NCBI GenBank assembly: GCA_965277405.1
Contig: OZ255726.1
Coordinates: 576,001-640,000, forward strand
From: Gammaproteobacteria bacterium
Lineage (GTDB): Bacteria; Pseudomonadota; Gammaproteobacteria; G965277405
Direction of reading: 5' to 3'
DNA: 64,000 bases
Under the pieces are notes generated by a model, which was not told the origin of the DNA, made no database searches, and saw only the letters and a program-made list of their open reading frames with translations. Positions 20,925 to 32,900 of this stretch are shown here, piece by piece (the first letter of the stretch is position 1; every line of letters begins with the position of its first letter). The position numbers and the translations under genes were made by a program.

Positions 20925-23900
20925 CTAATCTTGATGATATTTAATTACTAATTGCCATTGACTAAAGGTGTCATCGTGACTGTCTGCATAGTCAGTATTG
21001 TCATCTGCTACAAAATCACCTGCTGCAAACAAATCCTTCACTGTTATTCTCCAATGACCTTGTATGCTTTCACCAAGAAATGCATGCACAGCTATGGGTT
21101 GCTGATAACCTAGGTTAGCTTGAGTGTGTCCATTTCCTGCAGGATACGCCGGATACGATGTTCCTGCAGGCGATGTTAAAGATATTTCTATGTCTTGCAG
21201 CGCTGTTGTCGTTAGTTTAACAAATAGGTTGAGGTGGTCGATTTTGCCAGTTGCTGCAACGTATAGTTCCTTGCTAACACCATCGCTATTTTTATTCGGT
21301 ACAAGCATGGGTACAAAAGTATGATTTTTGGTAATTGCCTCAATTCTGTCATGGGTAATCAACTGCGAATAGCTCTTCGCCATCGCTAATGCTGCATCTA
21401 CATTGACCAAACCAAAGCCATACCAATCGCTGTAATTAAGACCTGCCGCATTAGTAATCCAACCCCGACTAAATTGATAAGCGCCGCTACCTGGAATATC
21501 TGTAGTCACTGTGTAGTCGGCATCAATTATCGTTGCTGTTTTCGCCAATATATACCGCACATCCCAAATAGTTAATGCTGGATGTTGCGAAAGTAACAAC
21601 GCAACCGCGCCACTGACAATTGCAGCCGCTGCGCGCGTACCGTGGAAAGTATTGGTGTAATTGCATGTTGGATCGTCATGGTGGAATTGGTTTGCTAAAA
21701 CGTTACTTGCTGCATTATCTGCTAACTCATGGTTACTATAACCCCTGCTACAGGAAGTTACATCTGTGGTGAACATTCCAGGTTCTCCAGCTAACATTCC
21801 AGGTTCTCCAGCTGATGGACTACCTTGCTCGCCACCAAAACCACTCACCCAAATAGCCCCGGCTGCAGCATAGCTCGCGCGTTTCCCGAAGGCGTTGACT
21901 GCGCCAACAGTGATGATCGGTAAGATGTCTTCCTTATCAAAACCAGCCAAGCCACAGCTCGTACCTATTACATTCGCTTGGCTGCATGCGTCACCATCAC
22001 CAATATATGAATCGCCTGCAGGTTTAATAAAAATGACTCCTTTGCCGTTTCTGCCATCTTGAATCCTGCGCATGATTATTGCGTTGCTGCCAATTGCTGC
22101 GGTAGCTGGCGTGCCGATGTGATCAAGGCGACTAGCTAGCTGGTCGCCTAAATACACAATATCGGCTTCAACTGCTGGGGAATCAGTGGCACTGGGGTCG
22201 CCATCACCAACACTATATTGTAAATACGTGGCATTGCTATTGACACCAGCAGCCATATTGTTAAAGCCAAGCAATTTGGCTTTGGGTGCGACACCCAAGC
22301 CACCCATACCATTATCTGCCATGGCAATCAAGCCAGCTATTGCTGTACCATGGTCGCCGTCACTACCCCTTGGGCTGGGATCGGTTGTTCCTGTCGCGGC
22401 ATTAGGTTGCATAAATGACCCCGTTGCAAAAGCATATCCTTGCCGAGGATCAATATTGTCAGCTAAATCAGGGTGGGTTATTTGCAAGCCAGTATCAACC
22501 ACGCTCACCAACGTTCCTTGACCGAGGCAGCCATCAGTGCGCCATGCACGTTGTAAGTTTAAATGGATGCTACTATCCATTTTGCTAGCATCCATGCCGG
22601 TGGCAATTTGACCTTGTTGCCTACCATCTAAGTACCATTGATATTTTTCTAATGGATTGCTATCTGGTAACGATACAAGCGTGTCTGTATCACAATTTGA
22701 ATTAACCGCTGTCATAAAAATAGTTGCTGTACTAACGGGGAAGTCCACCACATTAGATACATAACCCGAAACCACATATTCTGCTTTGCTTGCTACTATT
22801 GTTGGTGACCCTTGGATTGCACAGCTGTCGTTTGCCACAACTAGTGTCAAGCCAGCAGGTAGCGGCGGTGCTATGCTGCAACGAACAATTTCAACAGTGT
22901 TGACAAATTGCCATTGCTGCTGATTTTGGTATGTCAACATCGTCTGGGCAATTTTATCATCCATTTGCGGTAGCGCATAGATGGCGGTGATGAGGACGTC
23001 TGCACTGCTATCACCAGCGGAATTTGACCCAGTAATAACGTAGTTGCTAGTTTGTGTTGCACTAACATTGTTGGGACTGCCATCAATTTGGCAGGTGCTG
23101 CGTCCATTGCCACCTACAGCTATATTCAGGGCTAAACCTGGCGGCAGCGGTGGTGTGGGGGTACAACTGGTCACATCACCACCATTGTTCTCAATTATTA
23201 TATGCTGAGGAATTCGATCACTGACTACAAACACCATTGCGGTATTGTTATATAATAATGCTGGTGCTTGATCATTGGCTGTTTGATCGTTGGGTGTTTG
23301 ATCATTGACAGTGATGCTATCGCGTAATGCTATAGACCTTCGCGACCTTGACCTTCGTTGCGGCTCTATTCGTGCACTTCTAGCACTTCGAGCACTCCGT
23401 TGAGGATTTGAAGCATAAGAACGTCCAGAAAACGGATTCTCATATATTTCGATGAGTACCGTTGCGCGACTTTCGCCGCCGCTATTGGACCCTTTTATTG
23501 TATACATTATCTCGTATTCTTGAGGTACCGTTGGAGTTCCTGTTATCTGACACGTTGCTTTACCTAAGAAGGTTGCAACTGCAAGCTGCAAACCACCAGC
23601 TAGCTGTGGTGCAATATCACAACTTATTACATCCCCACCAAAGTTTAAAAAGTTCACAGCTTGTATGGGTATACCTATTATGTAATACTGATCTGCTAAT
23701 CTGCCCAAAATTGGAGGGATATCATAGTTCACCGTGATGCTGATATCTGCGCTGCTAGTGCCGCCGCTATTCGACGCTGTGATTGTATACGTTATCGGGT
23801 CTTCTTGCAGGGTGGTTGGGGTTCCTGTTATCTGGCAACTAGCTCCATCTGGCGTTTTCTTAAGTGTTAAACCATCAGGCCATGCTGCGCTATTATCCCC

Positions 23901-26900
23901 GCCTACTTCGCAACTTGTCACCGCACCGCCTGTGTTGCCAAAATCAACAGCTGCTATCGCTGTGTCTATTGTGTAATGCTGCGGGCTTGGGCTGGCTAGC
24001 TCTGGGATATTATCGTTCACCGTGATGCTGATAGCTGCGCTGCTAGTGCCGCCGCTATTCGTCGCGGTGATGGTATACGTTATCGGTTCTTCTTGCAGGG
24101 TGGTTGGTATTCCTGTTAGCTGACAAGTTGCTGGATCTGCGATGGTGGCAAGCTGCAAACCACCAATTAGCTGTGGCGCAACATCACAGCTGGTTACCGC
24201 ACCGCCTGTGTTGCCAAAATCAACAGCTGCTATCGGCGTGTTGATGGTGTATATCCGCGGGCTTGGATTTACTAGCTCTGGGATATTATCGTTCACCGTG
24301 ATGCTGATATCGGCGCTGCTATCGCCACCGCTGTTCGTCGCTGTGATGGTATACGTTATAGCGTCTTCTTGCAGGGTGGTTGGTATTCCTGTTAGCTGAC
24401 AAGTTGCTGGATCTGCTATGGTGGCAAGCTGCAAACCACCAACTAGCGGCGGTACAACACCACAACTTGTTACCGCACCGCCTGTGTTGCCAAAATCAAC
24501 AGCTGCTATCGCTGTGTCTATTGTGTAATGCTGCGGACTGGGACTTACTAACGCTGGGATATTATCGTTCACCGTGATGCTGATAGCTGCGCTGCTAGTG
24601 CCGCCGCTATTCGTCGCGGTGATGGTATACGTTATCGGTTCTTCTTGCAGTACGGTTGGAGTGCCTGTTAGCTGACAAGTTGCTGGATCTGCTATGGTGG
24701 CAAGCTGCAAACCACCAACTAGCGGCGGTACAACGCCACAGCTGGTTACCGCTCCGCCTGTGTTGCCAAAATCAACAGCTGCTATCGCTGTGTCTATTGT
24801 GTAATGCTGCGGACTGGGACTTACTAACGCTGGGATATTATCATTCACCGTGATGCTGATAGCTGCGCTGCTAGTGCCGCCGCTATTCGACGCTGTGATT
24901 GTATACGTTGCCTCTTCTTCATGCAGTGCGGTTGGGGTTCCTGTTATTTGGCAACTAGCTCCGTCTGGCGTTTTCTTAAGTGTTAAACCATCAGGCCATG
25001 CTGCGCTATTATCCCCGCCTACTTCGCAACTTGTCACCGCACCACCTGTGTTGCCAAAATCAACAGCTGCTATCGCTGTGTTGATGGTGTATATCCGCGG
25101 GCTGGGGGTTGCTAGCGCTGGGATATTATCGTTCACCGTGATGCTGATATCTGCGCTGCTAGTGCCGCCGCTATTCGACGCTGTTATTGTATACGTTGCC
25201 TCTTCTTCATGCAGTGCGGTTGGGGTTCCTGTTATCTGGCAACTAGCTCCGTCTGGCGTTTTCTTAAGTGTTAAACCATCAGGCCATGCTGCGCTATTAT
25301 CCCCGCCTACTTCGCAACTTGTCACCGCACCGCCTGTGTTGCTAAAGTTCACAGTTGGTATCGCTGTGTCTATTGTGTAATGCTGCGGGCTGGGGGTTGC
25401 TAGCGCTGGGATATTATCGTTCACCGTGATGCTGATATCTGCGCTGCTAGTGCCGCCGCTATTCGTCGCGGTGATGGTATACGTTATAGCGTCTTCTTGC
25501 AGTGTGGTTGGTATTCCTGTTAGCTGACAAGTTGCTGGATCTGCTATGGTGGCAAGCTGCAAACCACTAGGTAGCGGTGTTGAAACATCACAGCTTGTTA
25601 CCGCACCGCCTGTGTTGCCAAAATCAACAGCTGCTATCGGCGTGTTGATGGTGTATATCCGCGGGCTTGGATTTACTAGCGCTGGGATATTATCATTCAC
25701 CGTGATGCTGATATCTGCGCTGCTAGTGCCGCCGCTATTCGTCGCTGTTATTGTATACGTTGCCTCTTCTTCATGCAGTGCGGTTGGGGTTCCTGTTATC
25801 TGGCAACTAGCTCCGTCTGTCGTTTTCTTAAGTGTTAAACCATCAGGCCATGCTGCGCTATTATCCCCGCCTACTTCGCAGCTTGTCACCGCACCGCCTG
25901 TGTTGCCAAAATCAACAGCTGCTATCGCTGTGTCTATTGTGTAATGCTGCGGACTGGGACTTACTAACGCTGGGATATTATCATTCACCGTGATGCTGAT
26001 ATCGGCGCTGCTAGTGCCGCCGCTATTCGTCGCTGTTATTGTATACGTTGCCTCTTCTTCATGCAGTGCGGTTGGGGTTCCTGTTATCTGGCAACTAGCT
26101 CCGTCTGGCGTTTTCTTAAGTGTTAAACCATCAGGCCATGCTGCGCTATTATCCCCGCCTACTTCGCAACTTGTCACCGCACCGCCTGTGTTGCTAAAGT
26201 TCACAGTTGGTATCGCTGTGTCTATTGTGTAATGCTGCGGACTGGGACTTACTAACGCTGGGATATTATCGTTCACCGTGATGCTGATATCTGCGCTGCT
26301 AGTGCCGCCGCTATTCGTCGCGGTGATGGTATACGTTATAGCGTCTTCTTGCAGTGTGGTTGGTATTCCTGTTAGCTGACAAGTTGCTGGATCTGCTATG
26401 GTGGCAAGCTGCAAACCACTAGGTAGCGGTGCTGAAACATTACAGCTTGTCACCGCACCGCCTGTGTTGCTAAAATCAACAGCTGCTATCGCTGTGTTGA
26501 TGGTGTATATCCGCGGGCTTGGATTTACTAGCGCTGGGATATTATCATTCACCGTGATGCTGATATCGGCGCTGCTAGTGCCGCCGCTATTCGTCGCGGT
26601 GATGGTATACGTTATCGGATCTTCTTGCAGTACGATTGGAGTGCCTGTTAGCTGACAAGTTGCTGGATCTGCTATGGTGGCAAGCTGCAAACCACCAACT
26701 AGCGGCGGTACAACGCCACAGCTTGTCACCGCACCGCCTGTGTTGCCAAAATCAACAGCTGCTATCGGCGTGTTGATGGTGTATATCCGCGGGCTTGGGG
26801 TTGCTAGCTCTGGGATATTATCGTTCACCGTGATGCTGATATCGGCGCTGCTATCGCCGCCGCTATTCGTCGCTGTTATTGTATACGTTATCGAGTCTTC

Positions 26901-29900
26901 TTGCAGGGTGGTTGGCATACCTGTTAGCTGACAAGTTGCTGGATCTGCTATGGTGGCAAGCTGCAAACCACCAATTAGCTGTGGCGCAACATCACAGCTT
27001 GTCACCGCACCGCCTGTGTTGCCAAAATCAACAGCTGCTATCGGTGTGTTGATGGTGTATATCCGCGGGCTTGGATTTACTAGCTCTGGGATATTATCGT
27101 TCACCGTGATGCTGATATCTGCGCTGCTATCGCCACCGCTATTCGTCGCTGTGATGGTATACGTTATAGCGTCTTCTTGCAGGGTGGTTGGTATTCCTGT
27201 TAGCTGACAAGTTGCTGGATCTGCTATGGTGGCAAGCTGCAAGTCACCAACTAGCTGCGGTGAAACGTCACAACTTGTTACATCCCCACCAAAGTTGACA
27301 AAGTTCACAGTTGGTATCGCTGTGTTGATGGTGAATAGCTGCGGGGGTGGGCTTATTAAATTTGGCTGAGCATCGTTCACCGTGATGCTTATCGCTGCGA
27401 TGTCAGTACCGCCGCTATTCGTCGCTGTTATTGTATACGTTATCGGGTCTTCTTGCAGGGTGATTGGTATTCCTGTTATCTGGCAACTAGCTCCGTCTGG
27501 CGTTTTCTTAAGTGTTAAACCATCAGGCCATGCTGCGCTATTATCCCCGCCTACTTCGCAGCTTGTCACCGCACCACCTGTGTTGCTAAAGTTCACAGTT
27601 GGTATCGCTGTGTCTATTGTGTAATGCTGCGGACTGGGACTTACTAACTCTGGGATATTATCGTTCACCGTGATGCTGATATCTGCGCTGCTAGTGCCGC
27701 CGCTATTCGTCGCTGTTATTGTATACGTTGTCGCGTCTTCATGCAGTGCGGTTGGGGTTCCTGTTATCTGGCAACTAGCTCCGTCTGGCGTTTTCTTAAG
27801 TGTTAAACCATCAGGCCATGCTGCGCTATTATCCCCGCCTACTTCGCAGCTTGTCACCGCACCACCTGTGTTGCTAAAGTTCACAGCTGGTATCGCTGTG
27901 TCTATTGTGTAATGCTGCGGACTGGGACTTACTAACTCTGGGATATTATCGTTCACCGTTATGCTGATATCGGCGCTGCTAGTGCCGCCGCTATTCGACG
28001 CTGTGATTGTATACGTTGCCTCTTCTTCATGCAGTGCGGTTGGGGTTCCTGTTAGCTGGCAACTAGCTCCGTCTGTCGTTTTCTTAAGTGTTAAACCATC
28101 AGGCCATGCTGCGCTATTATCCCCGCCTACTTCGCAGCTTGTCACCGCACCACCTGTGTTGCCAAAATCAACAGCTGCTATCGCTGTGTCTATTGTGTAA
28201 TGCTGCGGACTGGGACTTACTAACGCTGGGATATTATCATTCACCGTGATGGTTATCGCTGCGCTGCTAGTGCCGCCGCTATTCGTCGCTGTGATTGTAT
28301 ACGTTGCCTCTTCTTCATGCAGTGCGGTTGGGGTTCCTGTTATCTGGCAACTAGCTCCGTCTGTCGTTTTCTTAAGTGTTAAACCATCAGGCCATGCTGC
28401 GCTATTATCCCCGCCTACTTCGCAGCTTGTCACCGCACCACCTGTGTTGCCAAAATCAACAGCTGCTATCGCTGTGTCTATTGTGTAATGCTGCGGGCTG
28501 GGGGTTGCTAGCTCTGGGATATTATCGTTCACCGTGATGCTGATATCTGCGCTGCTAGTGCCGCCGCTATTCGTCGCGGTGATGGTATACGTTATAGCGT
28601 CTTCTTGCAGTGTGGTTGGTATTCCTGTTAGCTGACAAGTTGCTGGATCTGCTATGGTGGCAAGCTGCAAACCACCAATTAGCTGTGGCGCAACATCACA
28701 GCTGGTTACCGCACCGCCTGCGTTGTCAAAATCAACAGCTGCTATCGGCGTGTTGATGGTGTATATCCGCGGGTTTGGGTTTACTAGCTCTGGGATATTA
28801 TCGTTCACCGTGATGCTGATAGCTGCGCGGCTAGTGCCGCCGCTATTCGTCGCGGTGATGGTATACGTTATCGGTTCTTCTTGCAGTGCGGTTGGTATTC
28901 CTGTTAGCTGACAAGTTGCTGGATCTGCTATGGTGGCAAGCTGCAAACCACCAACTAGCGGTGGTGCAACACCACAGCTTGTTACCGCACCGCCTGTGTT
29001 GCCAAAATCAACAGCTGCTATCGGCGTGTTGATGGTGTATATCCGCGGGTTTGGGTTTACTAGCTCTGGGATATTATCGTTCACCGTGATGCTGATAGCT
29101 GCGCGGCTAGTGCCGCCGCTATTCGTCGCGGTGATGGTATACGTTATCGGTTCTTCTTGCAGTGCGGTTGGTATTCCTGTTAGCTGACAAGTTGCTGGAT
29201 CTGCTATGGTGGCAAGCTGCAAACCACCAACTAGCGGTGGTGCAACACCACAGCTTGTTACCGCACCGCCTGTGTTGCCAAAATCAACAGCTGCTATCGC
29301 TGTGTTGATGGTGTATATCCGCGGGCTTGGATTTACTAGCGCAGGGATATTATCGTTCACCGTGATGCTGATATCTGCGCTGCTATCGCCACCGCTGTTC
29401 GTCGCTGTGATGGTATACGTTATCGGGTCTTCTTGCAGCGTGGTTGGTATTCCTGTTAGCTGACAAGTTGCTGGATCTGCTATGGTGGCAAGCTGCAAAC
29501 CACCAATTAGCTGTGGAGCAACATCACAGCTTGTCACCGCACCGCCTGCGTTGCCAAAATCAACAGCTGCTATCGGCGTGTTGATGGTGTATATCCGCGG
29601 GCTTGGATTTACTAGCGCTGGGATATTATCGTTCACCGTGATGCTGATAGCTGCGCGGCTAGTGCCGCCGCTATTCGTCGCGGTGATGGTATACGTTATC
29701 GGTTCTTCTTGCAGTGCGGTTGGGGTTCCTGTTAGCTGGCAACTAGCTCCGTCTGGCGTTTTCTTAAGTGTTAAACCATCAGGCCATGCTGCGCTATTAT
29801 CCCCGCCTACTTCGCAACTTGTCACCGCACCACCTGTGTTGCCAAAATCAACAGCTGCTATCGCTGTGTCTATTGTGTAATGCTGCGGACTGGGACTTAC

Positions 29901-32900
29901 TAACGCTGGGATATTATCATTCACCGTGATGCTGATATCTGCGCTGCTAGTGCCGCCGCTATTCGTCGCTGTTATTGTATACGTTGCCTCTTCTTCATGC
30001 AGTGCGGTTGGGGTTCCTGTTATCTGGCAACTAGCTCCGTCTGTCGTTTTCTTAAGTGTTAAACCATCAGGCCATGCTGCGCTATTATCCCCGCCTACTT
30101 CGCAGCTTGTCACCGCACCGCCTGTGTTGCCAAAATCAACAGCTGCTATCGCTGTGTCTATTGTGTAATGCTGCGGACTGGGACTTACTAACGCTGGGAT
30201 ATTATCATTCACAGTGATGCTGATATCTGCGCTGCTATCGCCACCGCTATTAGACGCTGTGATGGTATACGTTGCCTCTTCTTCATGCAGTGCGGTTGGG
30301 GTTCCTGTTATCTGGCAACTAGCTCCGTCTGGCGTTTTCTTAAGTGTTAAACCATCAGGCCATGCTGCGCTATTATCCCCGCCTACTTCGCAACTTGTCA
30401 CCGCACCACCTGTGTTGCCAAAATCAACAGCTGCTATCGCTGTGTCTATTGTGTAATGCTGCGGACTGGGACTTACTAACGCTGGGATATTATCGTTCAC
30501 CGTGATGCTGATATCTGCGTTGCTAGTGCCGCCGCTATTCGACGCTGTTATTGTATACGTTGCCTCTTCTTCATGCAGTGCGGTTGGCGTTCCTGTTATT
30601 TGGCAACTAGCTCCGTCTGGCGTTTTCTTAAGTGTTAAACCATCAGGCCATGCTGCGCTATTATCCCCGCCTACTTCGCAACTTGTCACCGCACCGCCTG
30701 TGTTGCCAAAATCAACAGCTGCTATCGCTGTGTTGATGGTGTATATCCGCGGGCTGGGGGTTGCTAGCTCTGGGATATTATCATTCACCGTGATGCTGAT
30801 ATCTGCGCTGCTAGTGCCGCCGCTATTCGACGCTGTTATTGTATACGTTGCCTCTTCTTCATGCAGTGCGGTTGGGGTTCCTGTTATCTGGCAACTAGCT
30901 CCGTCTGGCGTTTTCTTAAGTGTTAAACCATCAGGCCATGCTGCGCTATTATCCCCGCCTACTTCGCAACTTGTCACCGCACCGCCTGTGTTGCCAAAAT
31001 CAACAGCTGCTATCGGCGTGTTGATGGTGTATATCCGCGGGCTGGGGGTTGCTAGCGCTGGGATATTATCGTTCACCGTGATGCTGATATCTGCGCTGCT
31101 AGTGCCGCCGCTATTCGTCGCGGTGATGGTATACGTTATCGGATCTTCTTGCAGTACGGTTGGGGTTCCTGTTATCTGGCAACTAGCTCCGTCTGGCGTT
31201 TTCTTAAGTGTTAAACCATCAGGCCATGCTGCGCTATTATCCCCGCCTACTTCGCAACTTGTCACCGCACCGCCTGTGTTGCCAAAATCAACAGCTGCTA
31301 TCGCTGTGTCTATTGTGTAATGCTGCGGACTGGGACTTACTAACGCTGGGATATTATCGTTCACCGTGATGCTGATATCTGCGCTGCTAGTGCCGCCGCT
31401 ATTCGTCGCGGTGATGGTATACGTTATCGGTTCTTCTTGCAGGGTGGTTGGTATTCCTGTTAGCTGACAAGTTGCTGGATCTGCTATGGTGGCAAGCTGC
31501 AAACCACTAGGTAGCGGTGCTGAAACATCACAGCTTGTTACCGCACCGCCTGTGTTGCCAAAATCAACAGCTGCTATCGGCGTGTTGATGGTGTATATCA
31601 GCGGGCTGGGGGTTGTTGCTAGCTCTGGGATATTATCGTTCACCGTGATGCTGATATCTGCGCTGCTAGTGCCGCCGCTATTCGTCGCGGTGATGGTATA
31701 CGTTATAGCGTCTTCTTGCAGCGTGGTTGGTATTCCTGTTAGCTGACAAGTTGCTGGATCTGCTATGGTGGCAAGCTGCAAACCACCAACTAGCGGCGGT
31801 ACAACGCCACAGCTTGTTACCGCACCGCCTGTGTTGCCAAAATCAACAGCTGCTATCGGCGTGTTGATGGTGTATATCCGCGGGCTGGGGGTTGCTAGCG
31901 CTGGGATATTATCGTTCACCGTGATGCTGATATCTGCGCTGCTAGTGCCGCCGCTATTCGTCGCTGTTATTGTATACGTTATCGCGTCTTCTTGCAGTGC
32001 CGTTGGCATACCTGTTAGCTGACAAGTTGCTGTATCATCTACTATGGTGGCAACTGCCAGCTGCAAACCACCAATTAGCTGTGGAGCAACATCACAGCTT
32101 GTCACCGCACCGCCTGCGTTGCCAAAATCAACAGCTGCTATCGCTGTGTTGATGGTGTATATCCGCGGGCTTGGGGTTGCTAGCGCTGGGATATTATCGT
32201 TCACCGTGATGCTGATAGCTGCGCTGCTAGTGCCGCCGCTATTCGTCGCTGTTATTGTATACGTTATCGCGTCTTCTTGCAGTGCCGTTGGCATACCTGT
32301 TAGCTGACAAGTTGCTGTATCATCTACTATGGTGGCAACTGCCAGCTGCAAACCACCAATTAGCTGTGGAGCAACATCACAGCTTGTCACCGCACCGCCT
32401 GCGTTGCCAAAATCAACAGCTGCTATCGCTGTGTTGATGGTGTATATCCGCGGGCTTGGGGTTGCTAGCGCTGGGATATTATCGTTCACCGTGATGCTGA
32501 TAGCTGCGCTGCTAGCACCGCCGCTATTCGTCGCTGTTATTGTATACGTTATCGGTTCTTCTTGCAGTACGGTTGGAGTGCCTGTTAGCTGACAAGTTGC
32601 TGGATCTGCTATGGTGGCAAGCTGCAAGTCACTAGGTAGCGGTGTTGAAACATCACAGCTTGTTACCGCACCGCCTGTGTTGCCAAAATCAACAGCTGCT
32701 ATCGGCGTGTTGATGGTGTATATCCGCGGGCTTGGGGTTGCTAGCTCTGGGATATTATCGTTCACCGTGATGCTGATAGCTGCGCTGCTAGTGCCGCCGC
32801 TATTCGTCGCGGTGATGGTATACGTTATCGGTTCTTCTTGCAGGGTGGTTGGCGTACCTGTTAGCTGGCAACTAGCTCCGTCTGGCGTTTTCTTAAGTGT

